From the IMG/VR virus record IMGVR_UViG_3300034018_000240: a stretch of DNA of 64,000 nucleotides, one strand, 5' to 3'. Under the pieces are notes generated by a model. That model searched no databases. It was not told the DNA's origin and saw nothing but the letters and a program-made list of their open reading frames with translations. Shown one piece after another: positions 57,101-64,000 of the stretch (its first letter is position 1; every line of letters starts with the position of its first letter). The DNA is from a virus. Both the position numbers and the translations under genes were made by a program.

Positions 57101-60100
57101 AAAGTTCCACCTAAGCCTGCTGATGGTAGACCTTACATCATTAAGTTATTTACTGATTTAGCAAACTTTATTAAGGAATATTTCTTAGGTCCTCAAGCTG
57201 CAAGAAACACAGAAGAGTTATTTAAGAGAATAGGAGAAGGTTATTATAAGAACGCATCTCCATATCAGTCTAAGTTAGCATTAGCTAAACCTGGTATTAT
57301 TGATGTTGAAGATGCTATAGGCGACCCAACTAGTGAGTATAGTTTAATTGCTAATGGTCTTACAGGAGAACAAGTACATGATACTATTCAACAAATGACC
57401 TATTCTACTCTTACAAATCTTATTGCTACTAATCAAAGCCTATTTGATATCCCTGCTAAGAACAGAGCTGTAATATATAAAGAAGCTAAAGATAATCTTA
57501 AGTATACAGTTGTAGATAAGATTAAGAACATTGCTGCTAAACTAATGAAAGAAGGTATTGCTACAAAAGAAGATGTAGCTCCTGAGGTAGCAAAAGCTGA
57601 GCAGTTGTTTGCAATCATAGATAAAAACTGGGATGAGATAACTCAAATCTTTGAAGAACAATTATTATCTTATTCTATTGAATTTGATGAGAATGACAGT
57701 ACTCAAACAACAAATGAGAACAATACAGGTAGAGGAGACTATCAAGAGTCAGAGAAAATAGACAAGTTTAAGAAGGCTAACGCTGCTATTAAATTATTGT
57801 TAGCTACCATTCCATACAGAAATGCAAGAGGTAAAAGAACACTTTCTTCAATCAATGGTGTTAGATTAATACCAATGAGCAAGGTGTATATAGACCTTAA
57901 GAATGCTTTATACAACTCAGATACAGTAGATGATATGATGGAAAAACTACGTGAGTTTGTAGAGTCTCAAAAACCTGAATATGGTGTAATATACCAAAGA
58001 CTTACAGGACAACCTTCTTCTGAGAAGTTGAATCCTTATGCTAATATAAAAACTGATGCAGATCTTCAACTGGTTACTTCTTTCTACAATGTAATGAAGG
58101 GACAAGCTCCTGACGTGGTTACAGTGTACACAGCTCCTGATGGAACTGTAGTGACAACTGATATGTCTGTAGGCACAGCATCTAAGCAAATTGCTATTGA
58201 TATGGAAAACAGTATCATTAGCTCTATACAAAAGAACTTAGGAAAGTACTATAGATATGATGCTCCTAACAAAATGTACGTAGCTATTAAGAAGAACATT
58301 GAGAATCAACAGTTAGGATCATTAGAAAGAAGTGTATTATTTATGAAGTCTTTAGGAGTGGATGTTCCTATTAGAATGATTAGAAGACTTGGCTTTGAAT
58401 CTGACTTTAACAAAGCTGTTGCTGGTATAAAGAAGAACTTATTAGAAGCTGAGCAGATTAAGTTTATTTCTAGTAAGACAATTAACACTGCAGGTAGAGT
58501 TAAGGAGATTGCTGACATGCTTGCTAAGATTCAAAATCCTGACTTTGAAAGTACATATTTTAACCTTGAAGGTGATAGAGTACAGTCTTTCATAGGTGGT
58601 AATGCTATTAGTAGCTTACGTGATTTCTTAACTAAGATAAGCAATAAGAAACAATTAGTTGGCTCTAGATATGAATACTTACTTACAGATAACTTTGCTA
58701 ACATTGGTTCTGTATTCATGGACAAGATATTTGATAAAGATTCAGGAAACAAATTACCTAAGGGTGATGAGATATTAAGCACAGCGTATGCAGGTGGTAT
58801 GATTGATGAGGGTCTTGGCAAAAGAAAAGACCCAGCTAGTCTTACACCTAGTGAGCGTTTGAAGGAAGAGTTAAACCTTAACCTAGCAGGATACTATATG
58901 AACCTTGTTCCAGGAGATGCCTCTTTGGACTGGGCAAACTATGTAGGTAATACAGTTACATTAAATAGTTTAAAGAAAGACAATAGCTCAATACATAAAG
59001 TATTTAAAGGATACTTCTTGTCAGAGTTAGCTGTTTCTAGAGAAGGTCGTAAGATTGTACAAGATGAGAACGAGACTAGAAAGTCTACAGACCTGCGTTT
59101 CTTCAAGAATATATTAGGACCATCATTACATGAAGATATTGTATCATATGATCCAAGCAAAGAGAAATCTCTTGAGGATGTTTACACACACTTTGAATCA
59201 AGAATAAACACTGCTATAGACGCATTTGTTAAGAAGGATATTGAGAGAAGAAAAGCTGTGTATTCTAATTACAATATTCTTTCTGAAGATGAGAATGGTT
59301 TTAACTTTAATGGAGTGGAATTTGAAAAGAAAAGATCTTTAAGTGAGAATGATGTTGATGTGAATATCAAGTACTTATCTGTTAACTATATGATTAATAA
59401 CATAGAGTTACATAAACTTGTATACTCAGATCCATATTTCTACAAAGATGAATTGAAGCGTATTAAGAGTTTTTTATCTCCACGTCAGGCTATCATATAT
59501 GGTTCAGCAGGTTTAAATGCTGTAATGAATAATGTATATAATGATGACTATACAGATATTGATGATCTTGGATACACTGACTTCACAGCTGACTATTTCA
59601 AAACCATCACATTAGAGGATGTCAAAGGTGTAGCAGATGTAGAAGGATTTGCTAAAGAGTATTCATCATTCACTGAAACAGATGGTGGTGGTATGATTAG
59701 TATGCAAGCATATCGCAACTTTAGAATACGTGCTTCAAATTGGAACCCTAATGAGGAAAGACAATACAGATATGATGTTGCTTTTGAGAAAAGAGACAAG
59801 GGTCAGGACCTTTCTCCTAATGAATCAAATTTATTAGAAGCAGGCAATCCTCAAGTAAAGAGTGCATACACTCCATTGAAACCAGTTGTAGCTGGGGCTA
59901 AGATGAGTAAACAATCTTACAATGATGTTGTATTAGATAAGTTTGCCCTTTATCCATTGAGTTACAGAGTGTTACATGAGATTAATAAAGATTCAAATGC
60001 TATCAAGTTATACAACAAGATGCAGAAAGATAAGATTGACTACGCTGTATTTGACAGTGGTAGAAAGGTGGGGGCTGATGTATTAGTTAAATTATATGAT

Positions 60101-63100
60101 AGCAAGGGTAACTTTAATGATGCTCCTATTGCAGATGCAGATAAGATTAATATACCATTTAGTATTATAAGTGTACAGTCTGAGGTGCCTTCTAAGGATG
60201 AGGCTTTTGTAACAAGAGGTTCTCAGATTACCAAATTGGTAACATTAGACTTCTTACAAGCTGGTGTACCTTTTGACTTCATGTCTGATGAGAAAGATTT
60301 TAACAAGCGTTTAGAAGCTTGGGAAAACTTAGAAGATGAAACAGCTATGGCTAATGCATCTCCATTCTTCAAAGAGATATTGGAGAACCAAGACTTACTA
60401 GAGGAAATGACTGATATTGGTTATAAAAACCTTCTTGATAGATTAGGTATTAAACAAACCAAAGCAGGATTTGAGATTGTAGATCCTGAGAAGATTGCTC
60501 AAACATTACGTTCTGAGTTATTCAAAAGAGAAGTGAATCGCAATATAGTGGCTGCACTTGTGGGCTTTGAGAAAGGTCAAGTTTTAATTGAAGCTAGCCC
60601 TATGTACAGTCAAGTGAGAAACATTCTTTATTCTATAGTGGATAAGAACATTGTACGTCCAAAGATTAATGGTGGATTAAAAGTACAGATTCCTTCTACA
60701 GGATTTGAATCAGTAAGACCTGTAGGAAAGAATGGATTGTTTGAGTCAGATGTATTAAAGTTTTATGAGAAAGGTGGAGAGCGTGTAGCTGAGGTGATGG
60801 TAGGAAGATGGTTTGATAGTGATATGTCTGATGAGGACTTATTAAAATATTTAAACACTACAGATGAAGGTCAAGCTTTATTAAAGGGTGTAGCGTTTCG
60901 TATACCTACACAGAAGCAAAACTCTGTGGATGTAATTAAGATAGCTAAGTTTCTTCCTAAGGAGTTTGGTGACTCTGTTGTTGTACCAGCTGCGTTAGTT
61001 CAGAAGGTTGGATCTGACTTTGATATAGATAAGTTATCTATGTATTTCAAGAACATCTACAAAGGAAAAGATGGTAAGCCTAAGTTGATTCCATACTTTG
61101 GAATGGGCAAGGATGCTATCAAGAAGTTTGAAGAAATGTTTGACAAAGGAGAGTTCTTAACTAAAGAACAATTACAAGAGCTTGACAGATACATAGCAGA
61201 AGAACAAATCATGTTGGAAGACTTGATTGAAGAGAAGTCTAATGCAAGTAAGTTAATTACAGCAATAGTTGGAAACTTAAATGGTCTTATTAATGAAGAG
61301 GAATTAACACAGGAATTTACTAGAGGTATCAAAGCTAAAGATCAAATAATCAATCTATTATACAAGAAGTCTATTGAGAACCAATACATTCAGTCTTTAG
61401 AAAACATTATTGGAAGTGAGGCTAACTACACTAGATTAGTTACACCAAACAATGCTAAAGTGTTAAAAGATATGTCAATTGATATTACAGACAAGTTAGG
61501 TCTTGGTTCATTTGATTATTCTTCCACTGACAATATGTTGAATCAAATATTCATGTCTAGACTTAGACAGGCATTTGTACGTGGTAAATATGCAATTGGT
61601 CTTGCTGCTGTAGCTCAAACTAATCATGCTCAGAACCAACGTTCTAATATGTATGTTGATAAATCAATGATGTATAAATTAAGCAAGTCTGATCAGAAGT
61701 GGTTAGGAGATGCTAATGTTAACTTTAGCAAATATAATACAGTGAGGGTTGGTGGTAGAACAGTGCCTAGTCTTTCTGGTATTAAAGATGCTAACAATAA
61801 ATATGACATATCTGATATCATTGGTCAGTTTATTGATGGATATGTGGATATTGCTAAGGGTCCTTGGATTATGGAATTAGGTGCAAGTCCTAATGTAGCT
61901 CCTACATGGTTGTTCTTAGTTAAGATTGGAGTTCCAATTAAAGAAGTTGCCTACTTTATGAACCAACCAATCATTCGTGATTATGTACGTGAGTTAGAAA
62001 ACAGTGGATACACTTGGTTATTTAATGACTCAACTGTAGCTGCTATTAAAGACTCTGAGAAATATAAGGTGGACCCAAGTAAGGTACAAGGATTGAATAG
62101 TATTCCTAACGTTGCTGCTCTTGAGAAGAACATAGGTAAGAAGTCTTTTGATGTTGCTGGAAAAGCTGAACAACAATTCATATTAAATGAGTTCTTGAAG
62201 TATGGCATGATGGCTAATCAATTGTTTAAAGTGGTACAAGGATCTAACTTTGATACAACAGCGTTCAATGACCCAATGTTAATCTTTAAGAAAGAAGAGC
62301 AGTTATCTCAAGCTAGAGAAACTATTATATCTTCTGTAGATAACTTATTAAATAAATCTTTCATAGGTAGAGTTAGAATAGGATTACGTGATAGTAGAAA
62401 TGCTATTGGTCAGACAGCTTTGACTTCTGATACAAGAAGGGTAAGAGGTGTGCTTCAAAGCGTACTAAGACCTTACGTTAACTTGAACGATAGACAGTTT
62501 GTTAAGGTGGCTAGAAAAGCTGTTAATGATCTTTTTGACTGGGCTGTGCAAATCAATCCTACATTTAAGATCAATATGGAGAGAGACCTATTATCTAAAG
62601 ATGGTACAGCAAAACAGATTACAGATTATTTTAATGATATTAAAAATGATCCTGAGCACGTTTTACATAACAATGTTATTGTAAACTCTTTGGCTCCTAA
62701 GTTTGCAGGAACAGAAGAAGAGCGTCCTAATAATCTTTACATGCCAGGTAAGGATAACAAAGTATATGATCAAAACAAAGTTATATATGGCTTTGAAGAG
62801 TTGAGAAACTATATGGAGTCTACAGGTGATCTTCCTTTGTATAAGAAGTTGGTAAAGCTTTCTATATTACAATCTGGTTTATCTACATCTGCTATATCTT
62901 TCACTTCTCTTATTCCTTATGATGACTTTGTAGAAGAATACAATGATATTTTGTCCAAGTTAGAAACTTTACCTAACTTAGCTGACTTTGCTACATTGAA
63001 TGTTTTTGAAAGAAACAACTGGAATGATGATGAAATTGTTCCTCACAAGAAAGCACAATGGAAAACAGAGAAGCAAAAAGATGGTAAGTTAAAGACTAGA

Positions 63101-63598
63101 TATGATAATAATGCATTAACTATCTTAAACACTGGTGCAAATATTGCAATGAGAGATAAGAAGATACCTCAAGTTATTAAGATATCAACATTGTCTAGAG
63201 AGAGCACTAAGGATATCATTGTATATAGTTGGGAAGAAATACCTGCAGGAAAGACAAGAGCAGAGATGGTCAAAGCATCAGATTTCTCTTTTATTAAGAA
63301 AGGGTTATTTAAGAAAGTGATAGATGATGGTATTGATCCTTTAATTACATATAACAGATCAGGATATACATTCATTGTCTACAAAGCCATCAATGCTTGG
63401 GGTGATAGTTTTAGAGCTAATGAGTTCTATGACTTTGCTAACAAGTCTAAGATTGATAATGGGTTCATAGAGGTAGATGAGGTTAGTGATGATACTATTA
63501 AATCAGTATTCATAGGTGGTCAAAAGACTCCTCCTGTTGAAGCTTCAGAAATAGATGACGTATTAAATAAGAAAGATAAAGGCTGTAAAAAACAATAA
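51161..63598 (+). CDS. giant multidomain virion protein (4145 aa): HExxH zincin-like motif plus C-terminal DFDID motif consistent with the crAss-like two-barrel virion RNA polymerase
   Basis: Single uninterrupted 12.4-kb frame. HEVFH at 56906-56920 (residue about 1916, context GTTYHEVFHAIWNMF). DFDID at 61016-61030 (residue about 3286, context VQKVGSDFDIDKLSMYF), matching the DxDxD variant of the DPBB catalytic loop recalled from crAss-like virion RNAP literature. Long coiled-coil regions. Confidence 0.7.
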   Translation: MADTPLIDRALLDSSLNDYTPTELPERPASVPYQSLRSQYEGTGIPMMDGEPTPTALSALENAVLTAGRNDGKKMAGGIDRTLTEVSSDRYKSFMPGDYNNEDAYAQSQSWASKMVNGVGKGLVLTGTTFLQSTVGLVNGLANFANSGRFADIYDNDMNRFLDEEVVKASENIMPNYYKAGEREQDWYSPSKLFSANFIWDGVVKNLGFAAGAALSGGAYAAALKSIPLTARLFSVGKGAQALAASEEALLAADKAASTYGKLKGLSDKFLSSYSSLGQGGRITVAALGTVGEAGFEAYHTLNDFRNKKIEEYKEANGGQAPMGEDLLKINQLSEEVGNSSYFANVGLLTATNYIQFPKILGATYKGEKGIVNSLTKEIGEITTDATGKYIAAPNRFGKILSTLNKVRPYTFSASEAFEEGAQYAIGKSTENYYNKKYNNEPTNWLDGVAAGISETLTTNEGMENILIGGLSGALMLGPGKFGEAKEKSKNTQAAITEFNNAILSDFSKEVKGSVNRGTTIQEERETAIRRGDILESKDLERDYIINYLTPRIKYGRFDLVQSDIAQYKTLAMTDEGFAQLQSEGKALDTDTKEAYLQRLANLEVTAQNIKSLYQSLDVRYGGLVNADGKPVYSPKVMDQMIYAATKVADYDERLPQLMTVLDAVGIDTTTVVNDLTNGDSDSYIAAVEKIKASKSINEDELMQTLEDVAELALRRDNFLFEYNDIKNNPSKYDTAETMDKDAPKKETVKVKTKDGEEDIEVDTEYYLGRTVKYDKDGNEVYGFPRLTILGENEDGTIKIKDSNGVVRDISKEELAGYKLGKVSDTLNNKKAKYYMEHSNTVFQFNFGKGKKVKGRLEYSPKDGVLNFVYRDTKGKIKSIEVTGSQFVAQEGYDVPMIMAVGELTPIQKQALDEFVSLKESKFSAKREARLKILNDMFDETSSKLMSTQKLLEQKYNELEKITGDLTNVETKLKAGEMTKKNAFKKTTANALRAASKLSKLRDKLIDEIRELESQQEELEFTQAYIADMVQNIGELPAESEDFINELKEQKSLVEDLILDTGKNINALSKLLTNVEKALDTAVDLALDLIKKFEAKYPNLPYTPLALQEYLNANPEVRRNNPELMSDLIEFERDLANIDELDVTPNERSVAELREELQGLQDQLKEYEQDLKAREAILTRFQDVAKAYKLQKEQEKKLKSDGKLINAVIGTLSKEQLDNTPYSVKYEPTSKKGPKILVTSTVASKNILGYARANYFGNKFNSFPNKNNIFGVLVTSANEDNIIPGLTSYLQNNNTDIDPTKTIALVMVEDQGNGNFVLVGQDGQPLAEGQDKLENAVFQVMPDESLQWGPDFGNETMFRSNTPEQTRKELKDQYIAFRNETLKDPAVRLQSITPSFGRPTRVSITLPDGKKVTDPSAAVSVKAAGLIEDKDLVEKQLIEVPTVAKDISKGSTEFTDVLGRIFLVLDNAYVKLKNRLFNTKEAETIYEVLNQLSNNVFDDGGVEARSEYLIDWLRSVTFWGKPKEGKDPGYNSIWFERADGELRLFFSGKGESLSFTPQAMETQKDAIVTLLQNMYNNVNARKVQNTDEYNLTYEEIIGIGENGIPQTKEWQNYQTYLLSDEGRTADEIPLFTDITALESPEDTNREGVYFTLSDAADNFTITEIVRTVPKTVVPGGIKPTAATPVSAEEETFTVGETQEAPIETKTGSKFVLDGKTKNIFITPKGTRIAFTANRNLLAKGDIDNGIKILKGEDLAKAEEALIAANVKKEDMGRALKAPIANFLNVPVQKATAVEEDEEAFAIPDETDADDVVIEIEEKAPAQITTKGPSVRSGAIKEALLEDEDGDLREILENEIKTFKSENWKKLEQWLRANLPNVPVYRVKNVIKATGGRKAWGMYKNGAIYVYTNAEAGTTYHEVFHAIWNMFSDPKERKAIVNEFKNRKGSFVDRVTGQEVKYSEATPGQIKEQLAEEFREYVLDKKVPPKPADGRPYIIKLFTDLANFIKEYFLGPQAARNTEELFKRIGEGYYKNASPYQSKLALAKPGIIDVEDAIGDPTSEYSLIANGLTGEQVHDTIQQMTYSTLTNLIATNQSLFDIPAKNRAVIYKEAKDNLKYTVVDKIKNIAAKLMKEGIATKEDVAPEVAKAEQLFAIIDKNWDEITQIFEEQLLSYSIEFDENDSTQTTNENNTGRGDYQESEKIDKFKKANAAIKLLLATIPYRNARGKRTLSSINGVRLIPMSKVYIDLKNALYNSDTVDDMMEKLREFVESQKPEYGVIYQRLTGQPSSEKLNPYANIKTDADLQLVTSFYNVMKGQAPDVVTVYTAPDGTVVTTDMSVGTASKQIAIDMENSIISSIQKNLGKYYRYDAPNKMYVAIKKNIENQQLGSLERSVLFMKSLGVDVPIRMIRRLGFESDFNKAVAGIKKNLLEAEQIKFISSKTINTAGRVKEIADMLAKIQNPDFESTYFNLEGDRVQSFIGGNAISSLRDFLTKISNKKQLVGSRYEYLLTDNFANIGSVFMDKIFDKDSGNKLPKGDEILSTAYAGGMIDEGLGKRKDPASLTPSERLKEELNLNLAGYYMNLVPGDASLDWANYVGNTVTLNSLKKDNSSIHKVFKGYFLSELAVSREGRKIVQDENETRKSTDLRFFKNILGPSLHEDIVSYDPSKEKSLEDVYTHFESRINTAIDAFVKKDIERRKAVYSNYNILSEDENGFNFNGVEFEKKRSLSENDVDVNIKYLSVNYMINNIELHKLVYSDPYFYKDELKRIKSFLSPRQAIIYGSAGLNAVMNNVYNDDYTDIDDLGYTDFTADYFKTITLEDVKGVADVEGFAKEYSSFTETDGGGMISMQAYRNFRIRASNWNPNEERQYRYDVAFEKRDKGQDLSPNESNLLEAGNPQVKSAYTPLKPVVAGAKMSKQSYNDVVLDKFALYPLSYRVLHEINKDSNAIKLYNKMQKDKIDYAVFDSGRKVGADVLVKLYDSKGNFNDAPIADADKINIPFSIISVQSEVPSKDEAFVTRGSQITKLVTLDFLQAGVPFDFMSDEKDFNKRLEAWENLEDETAMANASPFFKEILENQDLLEEMTDIGYKNLLDRLGIKQTKAGFEIVDPEKIAQTLRSELFKREVNRNIVAALVGFEKGQVLIEASPMYSQVRNILYSIVDKNIVRPKINGGLKVQIPSTGFESVRPVGKNGLFESDVLKFYEKGGERVAEVMVGRWFDSDMSDEDLLKYLNTTDEGQALLKGVAFRIPTQKQNSVDVIKIAKFLPKEFGDSVVVPAALVQKVGSDFDIDKLSMYFKNIYKGKDGKPKLIPYFGMGKDAIKKFEEMFDKGEFLTKEQLQELDRYIAEEQIMLEDLIEEKSNASKLITAIVGNLNGLINEEELTQEFTRGIKAKDQIINLLYKKSIENQYIQSLENIIGSEANYTRLVTPNNAKVLKDMSIDITDKLGLGSFDYSSTDNMLNQIFMSRLRQAFVRGKYAIGLAAVAQTNHAQNQRSNMYVDKSMMYKLSKSDQKWLGDANVNFSKYNTVRVGGRTVPSLSGIKDANNKYDISDIIGQFIDGYVDIAKGPWIMELGASPNVAPTWLFLVKIGVPIKEVAYFMNQPIIRDYVRELENSGYTWLFNDSTVAAIKDSEKYKVDPSKVQGLNSIPNVAALEKNIGKKSFDVAGKAEQQFILNEFLKYGMMANQLFKVVQGSNFDTTAFNDPMLIFKKEEQLSQARETIISSVDNLLNKSFIGRVRIGLRDSRNAIGQTALTSDTRRVRGVLQSVLRPYVNLNDRQFVKVARKAVNDLFDWAVQINPTFKINMERDLLSKDGTAKQITDYFNDIKNDPEHVLHNNVIVNSLAPKFAGTEEERPNNLYMPGKDNKVYDQNKVIYGFEELRNYMESTGDLPLYKKLVKLSILQSGLSTSAISFTSLIPYDDFVEEYNDILSKLETLPNLADFATLNVFERNNWNDDEIVPHKKAQWKTEKQKDGKLKTRYDNNALTILNTGANIAMRDKKIPQVIKISTLSRESTKDIIVYSWEEIPAGKTRAEMVKASDFSFIKKGLFKKVIDDGIDPLITYNRSGYTFIVYKAINAWGDSFRANEFYDFANKSKIDNGFIEVDEVSDDTIKSVFIGGQKTPPVEASEIDDVLNKKDKGCKKQ

Positions 63599-63609
63599 AA
63601 TCAATCCAA

Positions 63610-64000
63610 ATGGCTGAATGTCAAGTATTTAGAAATGATGATGGTGTAATTGAAAGAGTAGAAGCTCCTAATGGGCAGCCTTCTACTCTATATAAAACTC
63701 TGCAAGATCTTGTAAAAGACAAGGAGCAAGCCTTACGTCTATGGGCACAGGTGTACACTGGTTCATTTAAGAACTGGTTTGGTGATTGGGAAAGAAAGCA
63801 AGGTTCTAAAGTAGTTGATGAAAATGGTGAACCATTAATAGTAAATGGTGATAAATTTCAATCAGATATAGTAACACCTGGACCTAATCAATTTAAGTCT
63901 GTACTTAATGAAGGATCATTTGCCATTGACAAGGGTGGATATGATAATACACAGGTAAGAACAGAAGCTATTCCTAGTGGAGAGGGAGTGGTAGCACGTA
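63610..64000 (+). CDS. hypothetical protein, 5' part only (runs off window end)
   Basis: ATG at 63610 (MAECQVFRNDDGVIERVEAPNGQPSTLYKTLQDLV...) is open to the window end. Confidence 0.45.
   Translation, partial: MAECQVFRNDDGVIERVEAPNGQPSTLYKTLQDLVKDKEQALRLWAQVYTGSFKNWFGDWERKQGSKVVDENGEPLIVNGDKFQSDIVTPGPNQFKSVLNEGSFAIDKGGYDNTQVRTEAIPSGEGVVAR

Noticed and set aside
1-64000. CRISPR array, integrase/recombinase, transposase, rRNA
   Set aside because: No direct-repeat/spacer periodicity, no tyrosine/serine recombinase motifs and no rRNA-like conserved blocks were seen. The window looks like a strictly lytic phage segment.

Overview
This window is a low-GC (about one third G+C) double-stranded DNA phage genome segment. 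Its layout matches crAss-like (Crassvirales-type) podoviruses of Bacteroidota/Flavobacteriia hosts (inference from gene content and order; no database search was possible).

- **1-11100, minus strand (early/replication arm):**
  - a DEAH-type SF2 helicase that runs off the window edge
  - a DnaB-family helicase
  - a compact family B DNA polymerase
  - a viral-type SET-domain methyltransferase
  - an extremely acidic protein
  - many small ORFans
  - two textbook intrinsic terminators
- **11100-11900 (divergent regulatory hub):** TAGGGGG iteron-like repeats, palindromes and G7 tracts in an otherwise AT-rich genome.
- **11900-25000, plus strand (early and head genes):**
  - small early proteins (HU-like, Zn-ribbon)
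  - terminase large subunit
  - portal
  - an SPFH/band-7 protein inside the head module
  - an acidic scaffold-like protein
  - a putative major capsid protein
- **25000-42500, plus strand (tail fibre / receptor-binding genes):**
  - a phage tail-collar fibre
  - a collagen-like fibre with a C-terminal S74 autochaperone
  - a BNR beta-propeller protein
  - three families of N-terminal paralogs with poly-Thr linkers
- **42400-64000, plus strand (giant, presumably ejected virion proteins):**
  - a 1055-aa protein with a CHAP/NlpC-P60-like peptidoglycan hydrolase domain and a thrice-repeated GGWL(D/N)(K/N)Y motif
  - a 958-aa glycine-zipper protein
  - an 864-aa protein
  - a 4145-aa ORF carrying an HExxH zincin motif and a DFDID motif, compatible with the crAss-like two-barrel virion RNA polymerase

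Two conserved sequence motifs sit immediately upstream of start codons: AACTACATATG on plus-strand late genes and AACACACGAT(T)ATG on minus-strand early genes. No rRNA, tRNA, CRISPR array, integrase or transposase was detected.
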